Shown here: positions 1 through 12,257 of the stretch, piece by piece
Numbering within the stretch: position 1 is the stretch's first letter
Layout of the letters: the number at the start of each line of letters is the position of its first letter
From: Octopus bimaculoides
Taxonomy: Eukaryota
NCBI RefSeq assembly: GCF_001194135.2
Contig: NC_068983.1
Coordinates: 157,658,735 to 157,701,332 of the forward strand
DNA length: 42,598 nt
Direction of reading: 5' to 3'
Made by a program: the position numbers and the translations under genes
The notes under the pieces: model-generated
The model's input: only the letters and a program-made list of their open reading frames with translations
The model's database searches: none
What the model was told of the DNA's origin: nothing

Positions 1-790
1 AAAAAGGTAAAATCGGACAGAACTTATGGGATGACCTGATAATACTAATTTAACTGATGTGATGTTCCCTAGTATTAAACATCAATATCAGTAAAGTTCA
101 GATTTCCCAGCAAGTTAATCATTTCTCAGAACCAGTTCATTCAATTTTCTTCAGCTACTACCTGTCCACTTATTACATATTCAAGAAAAAAAAAATTAAT
201 CTTTTTAAAATGGGAGGGACTTGTTGCATTTCAAAAGCTTTCAACCCAATTTTCATGCCCTATTCATGAGCTGTTTCAAAGCCCTGTTCTCAAACAACAT
301 TTCATGCTGGACTAATTATAGTTTCATCCATACCAACTTATTTTTTGAAGTTGTTTTCTAAGAGAAGATCAAAAGCAGTCAATATCAATCTACCTTACAA
401 ATTTTAACTTCAGTAAAAAAAGGATAGTCTTGGAATTAGCTCTAACTTAATCAGTTTCTTAGAAACAAATCTTTTTAGTGGTGTACCATGGGTACTTAAA
501 GTGGGATGGATTTTAAAATCAGGTAAACTTATGACATGTTTTATAAAATTTGTTCTGAAATAAACATCATCATCATCATGTTCGATTCAGGTATGTGATG
601 TTGGCAAGCCACAAAAATAACAAAATATTGGTATCCATCACACCAGAATTCGATTGGAGGTGAGTTGTCTCACCTGTCTAGACTTTCGGGTGTTTTAGCA
701 CCCAGCATAATGAGGGAGTCTTCCACCAGGTGCTATACTGTAGCAAACAAACTAAATGCTGAGTATGTGTGGTCAATAAAAAATATATAT

Positions 791-827
<37 letters not shown>

Positions 828-828
<1 letters not shown>

Positions 829-956
829 GGATCAAAACAGTTTGATTCAAGTTCATTGGTACTCCAAGTTTCAAGTGTGATGCTAATCTTCAGCCATTCA
901 AGTTCATGCTTGAAACTCGGAATACTAATGAATTTGAATCAAACTGTTTTGATCCA
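828..956. repeat. 48-bp inverted repeat with 33-nt loop (hairpin or MITE-like), next to (TA)n microsatellites
   Basis: 828-875 (TGGATCAAAACAGTTTGATTCAAGTTCATTGGTACTCCAAGTTTCAAG) is the reverse complement of 909-956 with 4 transition mismatches. Confidence 0.9.
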
Positions 957-1017
957 AACATGTAACTCCCAATAAATTTGTTGAGTGCCCTTCTTTCGTT
1001 TGCCCACTCACTTGTGT

Positions 1018-1058
<41 letters not shown>

Positions 1059-1130
1059 ATATACACACACATACACGTTAAATCAAGAAANNNNNNNNNN
1101 NNNNNNNNNNNNNNNNNNNNNNNNNNNNNN

Positions 1131-1170
<40 letters not shown>

Positions 1171-1227
1171 ATATACACACACATACACGTTAAATCAAGA
1201 AACTGCTACACAATTTAATGTCTATTT

Positions 1228-1590
1228 TTACGTGCTCACATTGGTCAGATGGTATTTCTCAAGGCAGATTTTCTGAGGCCTAATACTATTGCCAATAATT
1301 ATGCTTCCAAACATCAAAATATTTTTTTTCTGGCCAGATATGCTTTACATAGACAAATGGAAATGAACATCACTTGTATGACAATGATGCTCATCAACAA
1401 TCATCTTTTGATTTCAAGACAAAAGTATGGACATGCACACACACACACACACACAGAGCCTTCTTTCAGTTTTTTATCAACCACATCCACTCACACTGCT
1501 ATGCAGTGGGATTGACACAGACCACACAGTTGGGAAGCAAGCTTCTTAGCCACACAGCTACATCAGTACCTCACATGCTTGAGGTGAATT
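1228..1590 (-). mobile_element. Decayed tRNA-derived SINE with RTE-type tail (here called family B)
   Basis: Reverse complement reads tRNA-like head (GTAGCTGTGTGGCTAAGAAGCTTGCTTCCCAAC), ACTGAAAGAAG body, (TG)n tract, then a tail similar to 37540-37775. Confidence 0.7.
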
Positions 1591-2407
1591 TTCTTTCTAC
1601 AAAGAAAATTTCAATTTTTCCCATTCTTGATTTTTGAGTTTGAAATCTAACCTTTTTACACCTCGTGACAAGTGGATAACATTACATTTTGGATGAATTC
1701 TATAAATTAGCTTGCTTAGTCCTGCTATATATTACAATGTCGCTATATCACTAAAGACTTATATTTCCATGTAATGATTTCAAGAAGGATACACAAAACT
1801 GCTCTCTTGTTCTCTAACTCATAATTCAGAGAAGGAAACTAATGAAAGATATTAATTAGATGTTTTGCAAAGGTACAATTCACTTGTCCCTTACTGTCAC
1901 TCTATCTATGCATAACACAAACCAATAAGGATGTTTTTTTATATGTCTGTTTGACCAGCCAGAAATTGCAGTAAAATTCTCAGAAATCACACTCTACCAA
2001 CATTGGATAAAGTAGTCTGGGGTTGAACAACAACTAATTTACAGTTAAGCAAAATGAATCTAACAAGAATATTCTTGACTATAGACACAGACAGTGCAGG
2101 GGTGGTGAAAAGATGTGAATAACTAACATGACCAGTACAACAATATTTTATCAACTTGGCCAACTGCAACTCTACATTATATAGCTAAGTTCATTAAGAT
2201 AAAAACTTGCTTTAAAAAAATTACCTACTTAACACTTATTTTTTTAACAGATTAGTCAGAGGAGGAAAGTAGCATCTATGATCCTTTCCAAGGTTTTCAT
2301 GATTGGTGGATAGAAGTTATCTTTAGATTGGGAATCTAGCTACTAATGGCTCCTAAATGGCAGCCAGTGGTATTTTTATGTTAAAAACAGGTAGGTACAG
2401 CTTGGTT

Positions 2408-2575
2408 TATCATCATCATGATTTAAAGTCCATCCTCTATGCTAGCATGATGGTTTGTCTTGATCCGGTGACCTCCATGTCAGCTTTTGGCATGGTTTCT
2501 ACAGCTGGATGCTCTTCATAATGCCAACCCAGTCAGTGCAGGGTGCTTTTTTTGTGCTACCAGCACTAGTGGGAT
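2408..2575 (-). mobile_element. Decayed RTE-type LINE 3' tail
   Basis: (CAT)n followed by ATGCTAGCATG and TTTCTACAGCTGGATGC, the same motifs as the young copy at 3033. Confidence 0.7.
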
Positions 2576-3032
2576 TGACAAGTAACTTGCAAAATGGGAA
2601 GGACAAGAAAAAGAGAAGAGGGAAAAAGCCCCTCCTGATTAATTGATGATGGCCAAGGGTATTTTAGAAAGAAGAGAGATGATCTTTTTTTATGTCAGGG
2701 GCAAGCAGGTGTTTTGCTATATAGAAGATACAGAGCAACCCCACATTATATAAGGATAGATGAAAGTATCAGGGACAAAAGTAAACTGGTAGTCATGGGG
2801 TGCCAAAACAAAGACTTTGTCATTGTTATAAATTACAAATAGGTTATTTAATTGCAAATTAAATAAATTAATAATACAAATTAAATAAATGGATAATGAA
2901 TATATGCTCATGGTTTATAGTGTTTTGATAGCATAAGTGTTTAATACCTAAACCAACAAATGAACACTAGAGACCTGTAACTAGATAACTCATTCATATC
3001 AGTGACTTGCAGTAAGACTTCTGTTACTTGAT

Positions 3033-3554
3033 ATCATCATCATCATCATCATCATCGTTTAACGTCCGCTTTCCATGCTAGCATGGGTTGGACGATTTGA
3101 CTGAGGACTGGTGCAACCGGATGGCTACACCAGGCTCCAATCTAATTTGGCAGAGTTTCTACAGCTGGATGCCCTTCCTAACGCCAACCACTCAGAGAGT
3201 GTAGTGGGTGCTTTTACGTGTCACCCACACGAAAACGGCCACGCTCGAAATGGTGTCTTTTATGTGCCACCCGCACAAGAGCCAGTCCAGGGGCACTGGC
3301 AACGATCTTGCTCAAAAACCCTACAAGGCCAGTCAGGCGGTACTGGCAACGGTCACGCTCAGGATGGTACATCTTATGTGCCACCCGCACAAGAGCCTGT
3401 CCAGGGGCCCTGGCAACGATCTCACTTGGCTTGCCGGGTCTTCTCACGCACAGCACATTTCCAAAGGTCTCGGTCAGTAGTCATCACCTCGGTGAGGCCC
3501 AATGTTCGAAGGTCTTGCCTCACCACCTCAGCCCAGGTCTTCCTGGGCCTACCT
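3033..3554 (-). mobile_element. Young 5'-truncated RTE-type LINE: ORF C-terminus, tandem-repeat 3'UTR and (GAT)n tail
   Basis: Minus strand 3553-3422 translates GRPRKTWAEVVRQDLRTLGLTEVMTTDRDLWKCAVREKTRQAK*, a typical RTE C-terminus. It is followed by ~114-bp tandem units, GTGGTTGGCGTTAGGAAGGGCATCCAGCTG and (GAT)n. Confidence 0.85.
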
Positions 3555-5700
3555 ATGTGGAAATTCACAAATATCCATAAAGAAACAATTTTTAATATGA
3601 GATGGATTGAACAGATTGATTTTGGTCACCCGAGGATGTGCATCTATACTGCTACTATTGAATCATAATAAAACAATATTGCATATAATTTATGTAACAT
3701 TCAACAATTAACAGCTGATAATAATGCATTGAAACTATTGTAGCAATTTTTAATGAAGCCTGTTCAATCCATCTTCTCATTAATATATAAAGATGAATGA
3801 ATAGAGGGAGAAATAGAGAAAAATATATAACAGCCAACAATATATGTATTTTATCTAAGGAGCAGACAATTCAGGATCACATAGCCTGTAAAATTCTAAC
3901 TTAATAGGGTTTCAACTCATTCTTAATACACATCACACATTGTTCCTTGTGTAATTTCATGTATAAACTGATGACCTCTCATATGTAGTTGAAAATTTTA
4001 TTTATGGCTTCTTTAATTGTTAGCAATCCTGCCCTCATGGATAATGTCTGTCTATCTGTCTATATTTTTCATATTCAAATTCATCAATAGTATTTATTGT
4101 AAAATTTGTCAAATATTTTCTTAATCATCTTAAACAGGACCAGAAAGTAAATCAATAGCCATAAATCTAAATCTTTACTTCTTTATTAGTCTATGTATAT
4201 ATCTGACAGTCCAATTCTTCCCTTTTTTTTTTCTATAAAAAGGACATAATTCTGCTAATCTAAATCATTCTTATGGTTAACCTCAAGCACCTATTCCTGA
4301 AATATAACAAGTAATCTCTTCTAGTCTTGACCGTTTCATTTACTATTTTATACACGCCTTTGGATACAGTATTAAGGTCTTAATTCTTCACCACTAGGAT
4401 TTCATTGCGGCACGCGTGTATCTCAATTTACAAATTCCAGGAGCTTAAAATAAAGATCAGCTAACTTGATCTTTCTTTCGTTAGTAAGATGTTTCAAAAG
4501 TGATTCTGGAGGAGGTTAAATGGTAATTGACTTAGAATGGATCTACGTCACGTAATTTTAAAGGAATGAATGTTAAATGCGGATGATTTGTCTGGTGTTA
4601 ATGTAATATAACTGAATCAAAATCATGTGTTTTGTTGTTTTTTAATATAATATTTAATAATGAGGTATGTTATGCAAAATAAAAAGCTTTGAAATCTTTT
4701 TAAAATCGCAAATATTAGAGCTCCAGCTATTATTTTTATTTAATCTTTGTAATTTTTACGACACTATTTCGATTTTTAAATTAGAAATGAATCTTTTCTT
4801 TACTAGCAGATGGTTAACAAAATTTACCAGTTATTTTCTAAGACTATATTTGAACTGAATTACATTATCAACGTAAAAAATTGTGATTAACTTCAAAAAC
4901 TGTTATTTATTTCAAGTGGTTAGCTATTAATAGTAATATTTCATAGTAAATCGCAATTACTAGAAAATGAATGCAAATTCTTACGTTAATATTTGTAATG
5001 CAACCCGAAGATCTAAACAGTTGAGTTTGACCTATTATCAATCAAAGTATAGTTATCATTCTAATGTTTTGGTAACTAACATACATTTTTTTGCTTTAAT
5101 TTCAAACATCCCTGTCCAACGAAACTTCAGTAAAACAATTAGTGTATTAATCGTACATTGAAAATATCAAAGACAATATGTTGATAAACTATTTGCTTTT
5201 TAAACGACCAGTAAAATGTCGAAATCACCTGGTACCTAATGACATAATCACTCCCCTCCACAAACAAAAAATGCTTAGTTTAGGTGAGTGTAAGAACCAC
5301 ACTGAAATGTACCAATAATTTGATTCTTTATTAATTTGGGCAGATGTTTACACTGGATTAACCGTGCTGGTTAAAGTTAGCAGTGTGGAGTTACCGCTCT
5401 CTTCTTCAATGTTTATCTTCTCACCATCACATACTATCGTCACCTTTCATACTCCAAACTGCACTTGACTCGTTTAGCATGTTATTCCCAAATTAAACTG
5501 ATTCGTGGTTATTTTAATACCACTTCGAAAATGAAAAAAAATAATAATAAAAATAAATACCCATTTAGAAAGGCACGTTTTTTATCTGTAGATATACATA
5601 AAAAAAAAAAAAATTATATTTCTCATTACTACTAATTTCTGTTAGACTATAATAGTGATTACTGCAAACATTATTTACCTTTACCGATGCNNNNNNNNNN

Positions 5701-5914
5701 CTCTCAACAGTTCGACGACGACGCAATGAATGACGGTATATTTCATACTACCATTCATCGTCACGTGATTCCTCACATCAACATTCTTCTGTTGTGATCT
5801 ATCTCTCAAAAAAACGGAAAAAAAAACTTCTTCCATCAGCTTATTATATATTAATTACAACTTGTATATGTTTTCCACTTTGTGCCAATGTATCCGTAAA
5901 TTCAAGTTGACATG
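5701..5914 (+). promoter_or_regulatory. Probable promoter and first exon of the zinc-finger gene
   Basis: Locally CpG-rich. CGGTATATTT at 5734-5743 resembles the Drosophila housekeeping promoter motif 6, E-box TCACGTGA at 5761-5768, strong donor ATG|GTGAGT at 5914/5915. The TSS is not located. Confidence 0.6.
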
Positions 5915-8520
5915 GTGAGTATTTTAGTTAAAAGTTGCGTACTTGGGATATTAAAGCACATATTTCTCTCACACACATCGTTGTCATATCTAATGGCGCA
6001 GAGAAAGCTTCTCATAAAATAGAGTTAAACGCAACTAATATCTCCTTTGCTCCTTCCTGGATGATGTTAATATGTTAAGCTACTGTCATGAATATATGTA
6101 ATAACTTTTCAAATAAATTTACGTTTTATAGATATCTATTAATCTGGTTGAACTAGTTTTGTAGTTGTTACTTTTTTTTTTAATTTCACAACTACTTCAG
6201 AGTGTTTTTTTTTGTTTTTGCTTGTTTTATTTTTTAAATTACAAATTGAATTTAGTTCATCCTTAACTTTGATCTGGCATCTAAAATACAGTTAAGATAA
6301 TTATCTTTATGGTATTTTTTAGCGTGTAAAAAAGAATTTTATGTGTCTGAACAAATCTAAAAATTAAAGTTATTTCTTATAATTTCTCATTAATTTAATT
6401 AAAATATGCAATTCCGTTTCTTAACCAGATATATTACATATATATGTTATACTGATATAATCAACTAATTCTCTGAAACCATTTTCATTAAAGTTTTGTA
6501 TGAAGTTCACCTTTGGCATTTCATTAGTGTTGTCTGGTAGCCAAAAAAAAAAAATCAAACCTAATAATTAAAATACAAGAAACATTTCGTGAAGTGAAAT
6601 TTATATATATAAAAAAAAGAGAAATAAAAAAGAAAACTCCATCATGGCAATATATGTATGTAGTGCATAATTTACAATCCGTCCATTGTTTTGTAGTAAT
6701 ATTGTATGTGGTCTGGCACATGCCATACTGTTGGATATGCAGTTTTATCATATGGTTTCATATTCTCCACACATCATGCAACTTTTAGATATAACTTCTA
6801 GGTGACTTAATTTGCCCTGACTCCTCTGCAAACTGACTTTTGGTCAGACAAACTATTCTAAGTACAAGCTATTAGAGACAGATGTATTTCATTTAACACA
6901 TAAAATGTGAAAATATATTGCAATATTATTTTGTTAACTTGTTGCACTATTTAACTGAAAATAGATACTTAAAAGTGCAATTTGTTAGGATTAGTATTCA
7001 TTATTTCATCAAAATAACTCAATGGAACATAACACTGGAGACTTTCTCAAAAATATGATAGATCAATAATATACCTAAGGTAGTTTGATGAAAGACTAAC
7101 ACAATAATATTGAATTCTGATGGAGAATCCTGCTACTATCTCTGCATTATTAATATTGACTTATACTTTTAGCTCATCTGTATTAGTTTTAGTGTGGCTA
7201 CATTAAAGTATCTTGGGTCTTATGTCCATTTTCACTTTCTGATTTCAGAACTTAGGCCCTTCAAGCAAAACTGAAATAGGTTTGTTCATGTGAAAAACAA
7301 ATTTTACATTAATAAAGATTAAGAATACTTGTGAATCCTTATGAATATCTGAGTAATTTAAACCAATGTAATGTAATATTAATGTGAAAACAATATTTAG
7401 CAAAAAGTGTGAGAATGAAAGAAATAAAGGGATTAGGAGTAATCTATTTATAGAACAAGATTAAAGATAATATACAAATATACAGTGAGAGAAATAGTAA
7501 CAATAGATTTCTTAAACATGTTAAAAATTAGAACTAAAGTGGTCAAGTATTTTAGATGGTTAAATAAATATGCATAAAAAAAAATCATTGATTGGACAGT
7601 TTAAAATGACCATTTACATATATGTCATATAAATGGAATAGAAAAGATTATCCCAAATGGATGCTATTGAAATAGCATGTGTATATATAGCAAACAATAA
7701 AGCTACCTTTGGATATAGCTTAAAATGTGTGAAGAGGTACATGCTGGCTAAGAGAAGAATTTGAAATGGACGATGACCTAGGAACAATTCCTGAATAATG
7801 TCTGACGTGTGTCATTACTAAAATGAAATATTGAAGGTCATAAAATAAATAACTTGATACATTCTTTATATTTCTGAAGAATCACAGTTGTCTTTTTTAT
7901 GGCTTTTGTCTGCTTTATTCTTTGTTAGTGTTATTGTAATATTTATTTTTACACTGTATTTTTACTGATCATGAAGTAGAAATTATTATTTTGTAGCCAT
8001 GTTAACAAATAACCTTATATAATCTTGCTATAGGATATAATATTTAAGACCTCATAAAATCAGTTATAAAATACAAATACATTATTCTTTTCAATTTTCA
8101 AACCACATGTTGAATATGTAAAAATCAGAAATCTATTCCATCTTACATTTTATGTTATCTTCTCAAATATAAAAATGTTGAGATAGCACTAGTTGTAGTT
8201 TAGTCTTCAGATATGCTTGCTTCTATTCAACCATATTTGGCTGTCCCTATGCAATTTTTATTCTTTGGTATTGTGTTTTGAAATTTTGTACAATTTTGTT
8301 ATTGGTAGTGCTTATAACATTCTTTATATGCAGTTCTCTTTATGTTTGTCAAACCCATGCCAGCATAGAACATGGACTTTAAAATGATGATTCTTTTGAT
8401 GTTCGCTTAGTAACCCTATTAGCAATAGCTCCACTATCAAAAGAATTTGAGATTTAAGTGGCTAAAAAATTGAACAAATTATGACATGATCCATGGTTAA
8501 ATGCTGTCCCAAATACCAGG

Positions 8521-8960
8521 ACATCATCATCATCATCATTTAGTGTCTGTTTTCCATGCTACCATGGGTAAAGTGGACTGGAGCTGGAGAGCTGTACCGG
8601 GTGTCAATCTGTTTTGGCTTGGATTTTATGACTGGATGCCCTTTCTAATACCAACCATTCCACTGAGTGTACTGGGTGTCTTTTACATGTCATTGGCACA
8701 GGTCACGACTACAATTTCACTTTTGCTTGACATGTCTTCTCAAGCACAGCAGATCATCAAAAGTCTCAGTTACTTATCATTGCTTCTGTGAGACTTGACA
8801 TCTGTTTTCCATGCTGGTATGGGTTGGACAGTTTGACAGGATATGGTGAGCCACAAGGTTCGGTTTTGGCGTTGTTTCTACAGTTGGATGCCAGCCACTT
8901 TACAGTGTGTACTGAATACTTTTTTTTCATGCCACTGGCATAAATGTGGTTGGCATGTAA
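8521..8960 (-). mobile_element. Two decayed RTE-type tail fragments in intron 1
   Basis: (CAT)n...TTTCCATGCT...CTGGATGCC at 8521-8760 and TTTTCCATGCTGGTATGGGTTGGACAG...TTTCTACAGTTGGATGCC at 8803-8945. Confidence 0.7.
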
Positions 8961-9686
8961 TTTGCAAGATAAGAAAGTGCAGTAGAAAGAAAAGGCCCTT
9001 GACTAAGTGGGTGGGGAGGTGGTTGTATGCCAGGTGTTGGGGTCTAAAAAGTATGATAGCTCAGGTGTTTTGCTATATCGTAGATACATGGCTACCGACA
9101 TTATTTGTTGTTGGGGGGGGGGGGTAGCTAGAAAGAAGATGCAAATGGTGGTGACTAGATGCCAGAGCATCTCAAGATACAAGGTGATACTGAAGGAGAG
9201 TAGCAAATGTTCTGAAATTGGAGTAGAAGTGAATGTAGCGAGTAATAAGCAAAGGTGGAAATGCAGTTTGGGAAATATCCGTATGGAGTGGGAGAGAGTA
9301 TGGAATATCAATATGACAAGTTGAAGTAAATTGTATGTAATATTGGCAACTGCTCTGCTTTTATGAGTTATAAAAAAATTCTTTCTGCATACAAAATACA
9401 TGGTCCTGAAATCTCAAAACTATCATAGAAGAATAATAAATATGTTTAATATATAATACAAATTCTTGTAGAGTATAGTTTGGCTGATATAACGTAACTT
9501 ATTACCATGACCGATATGCAATTGGTCTTTTTAACATTAGTTTATTGATTTCCTACCTTTATGTAATATATCTTCCTCAGCTTATGTTGTTCAGTTTATC
9601 CTGTATTTCTCTTTCATTTTTACCTTGAGTCAATCAAAACTGAATCTGCTTGCTTGTTAACAACACATATTTTCCTCAGTATCATT

Positions 9687-9795
9687 CATCATCATCATCA
9701 TCATCATCGTTTAACGTCCTTCCATGCTAGCATGGGTTGGACGATTTGACTGAGGACTGGTGAAACCGGATGGCTACACCAGGCTCCAATCTGAT
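9687..9795 (-). mobile_element. Young, very short RTE-type 3' tail
   Basis: Nearly identical to 3035-3145: (CAT)n CGTTTAACGTCC...GGCTACACCAGGCTCCAATCTGAT. Confidence 0.85.
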
Positions 9796-10206
9796 CATTG
9801 TTTTACATATTTTTTACATAGCCACAACAGATATTTAGTTGACCAACTTAAAGTGTTGGATTACTTACCAAAACATTGATAGCTCATACCACTTCACTGG
9901 TAATACATTGTATTCTAAACAAATTATTCTTGAATCTGCATTCCTCCTGGCTGTAAATAAGTATGGCTCACTGAATGGGAATATTGTTTAATTGATGAGT
10001 TTTGCTGTGTTGAATAAGTCTGCATCCATCAACAGAATGCTATTTTACATCACAGGTGGTCAGTTTGCCATTTGGTTGGAATACTAGTTTGGATTCTGTG
10101 TTGTATATGATATTATGCAACAGTCTTACATTAAATTCTTGCTCAAATAAGATATCTCTCCTGATTACAAAAGATTCTGTTACAGTGATTACTTATTAAT
10201 ATCATG

Positions 10207-10428
10207 TTGTAAGGCAGCAAGCTGCCAGAAGCATCAGCATGCGGGGCAAAATGCTTAGCAGCATTTCATACATCTTTATGTTCTGAGTTCAAATACTACT
10301 GAGGTTGTCTTTGCCTTTCATTCTTTTGAGGTTAATGAAATAAGTATCATTTGAGCACTGGGGTTGATGTAATTAAATCACACCTTTCTTTGAAATTGCT
10401 GGCCTTGTGCCAAAATCTAAAACCAATA
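10207..10428 (+). mobile_element. tRNA-derived SINE with Deu/Nin-like core
   Basis: Head GGCAGCAAGCTGCCAGAA...GAGTTCAAAT (B box), then TTTGCCTTTCATTCTTTTGAGG...AATAAGTATCA, homologous to 18661-18812 and 36893-37082. The Deu/Nin label is from recalled consensus. Confidence 0.7.
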
Positions 10429-11544
10429 TCATGCTGTCCTTTTTTTTCATTCTCTTTATAGTTATCATTCCGTCAGTGAATTTTCTTATACTTCACTAGT
10501 TTTAATCACCTATAAGGTACCGTAGATGTTTCTGCAGATCTAACATTTCATTGTAAGCAAAATTTATACTTATATCTTCCAGACTAGTGAGGACCAAAGA
10601 CTCTTGCTTAAGTTTTAACAAGTGATGATGATGATGATGATGATGTAGATATTTTAGTGCCCTTCAGTATCCACATGAAATTACCTTAGAGAAGCCATAC
10701 AAAGCAGCGTGACAATATTTGTCTTGAATAGGATGATATACGATCTTTAATTTAGCTACAAGTTTTAGTTTGCATTGCTTTATCAAGTTAGTGATTTTGA
10801 TGGTAAATATCTTCAGTCCTGTATTTGACAAGTCCACTGTCGTGTTTCACTGGAATTGTTTGCAGTACACACAAGTCTAGTATTTTGATTTCCATCAAAA
10901 TTTAATTTAAACATGACTCCTAGTCTCTATGTAATTCTTAAAAATCTTTGTCTGTCATTGATGACAATGATTTCATCACTAGTGACCATTATGTTAATAA
11001 TTGCAGAATTGTTTGTTGGAACTTTGATCTTTTTCCTCTTTCAGGTAAGCAAGATATAGGTATGTTTCAAAAAAACTGTTTAATCTTGCCTATTTTCATT
11101 TTCTAAAAGATAAGACTATGGTGTACTCAGTGTCTAATGAACTGCTCACCAATGCAATGATGCCCAGACACTTTCACTAGATAGAACATTTATAGTCTAA
11201 CAATTGTAAATCCTCTGCATTCAGGGCCCAGTCTCACTTCTGTGTTGTACACAAGTATCATACACTTTACTCTTCATTCCAAAGTAGAGGCTCTTTGAAC
11301 TTCCCCCCCCCCCCTCATCCTTACCCTGGGTACTATGATTTCAGAGCACCCACCTCCACTGCCAACTAAATCACCTTGTTAACAAAAACTGTTGACTACT
11401 TCCAGAAAGCCTGTTGAACAGTTGTGAGAATCTATTTCCTGGATGCTCTTTGTGCTTAAAACTCTTGTGCAACTACTGTTTACACTGGGCACACTATTAA
11501 GTTTCTACCTACTCCTTTTCTACTTATTGAGCATTCCTGACAAC

Positions 11545-11745
11545 ATCAGTGTCATGTCTCCTCTATTTGATATAACTTTAGTCTTGTCTAAGTTTACTTT
11601 AAGGTCCTTTAATTCCAGGTTTTGCTTCCATGTTTGCAATTTCTTCCACAGATCTACGGATGCTGTTGTAAGAATAAGGTCATCAGTGCACAGGAGTTTC
11701 CATAGACAGCCAGTCTTATTTAATACACCTTATTGGATAGCTTAA
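11545..11745 (-). pseudogene. Decayed RTE-type reverse transcriptase fragment
   Basis: Minus strand gives LWKLLCTDDLILTTASVDLWKKLQTWKQNLELKDLKVNLDKTKVIS, matching the RTE pattern PWELLYADDL...W...LE..GLKVN..KTK. Confidence 0.7.
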
Positions 11746-12257
11746 CTTTTTCAAAGATGACACTGTTCATGTAGCTACTTTCTTGACAGAATGCTGACAT
11801 TTTATTTTTAAGCTTGGTGGAATGTTGTAATTTGTGATATTATAGAAATTCCCTTCAACATGTATATGAAGTATGTTACAGGGACTGAGATTACTTTACA
11901 TGTATTGATACTTACTGAAAGTTTGTAGTCTTATGAATCAAGATATTTGTACATAAAAGGCTCATGGGAGCAACAAGCATTTGGTTTTCCAAATGTACTT
12001 GAATATTAATTTGGATGAGCAGAAGAGCATGGATGATTACAAACTCCATAAATAGATTTCTGGAGTAGTGAACAAGTTCTATTGTTTCATTGATAATTCT
12101 GTATGTAGGTAAGATTATGAAGTAGTTATTTGTAGTTTTTTGTTTTTTTTTTGTTATGAGATTGAACTGGTATTATTTCTTGTATTTTTACCTTACAGAA
12201 TGATGCTGAGACTTACATCATGTTCATATCTGAATGCACCAAAATGATTTGTAATTA

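Noticed and set aside
416-554. Minus-strand open frame TNFIKHVISLPDFKIHPTLSTHG...FY* after TTTATTTCAG
   Set aside because: No recognisable homology and no partner exon; cannot be distinguished from chance.
1014-1203. Direct duplication of (TA)n-TTTTATATACACACACATACACGTTAAATCAAGAAA on both sides of a 40-N gap
   Set aside because: Typical unmerged contig overlap at a microsatellite; most likely an assembly artefact.
2251-2390. + strand segment with good acceptor and donor
   Set aside because: Stops in all three frames and no linked exons; at most a non-coding exon.
3150-3230. HDV-like ribozyme in the RTE tail motif
   Set aside because: RTE elements can carry such ribozymes, but I could not build the nested double pseudoknot by eye.
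3230-3420. Repeat units with apparent spacers, superficially CRISPR-like
   Set aside because: Eukaryotic LINE 3'UTR; the spacers are themselves repeated and there are no cas genes.
3111-3668. ORFs of 80-185 aa here and similar ORFs at 39044-39482 and 41183-41596
   Set aside because: Antisense or off-frame readings of GC-richer RTE tails and their tandem units, not genes.
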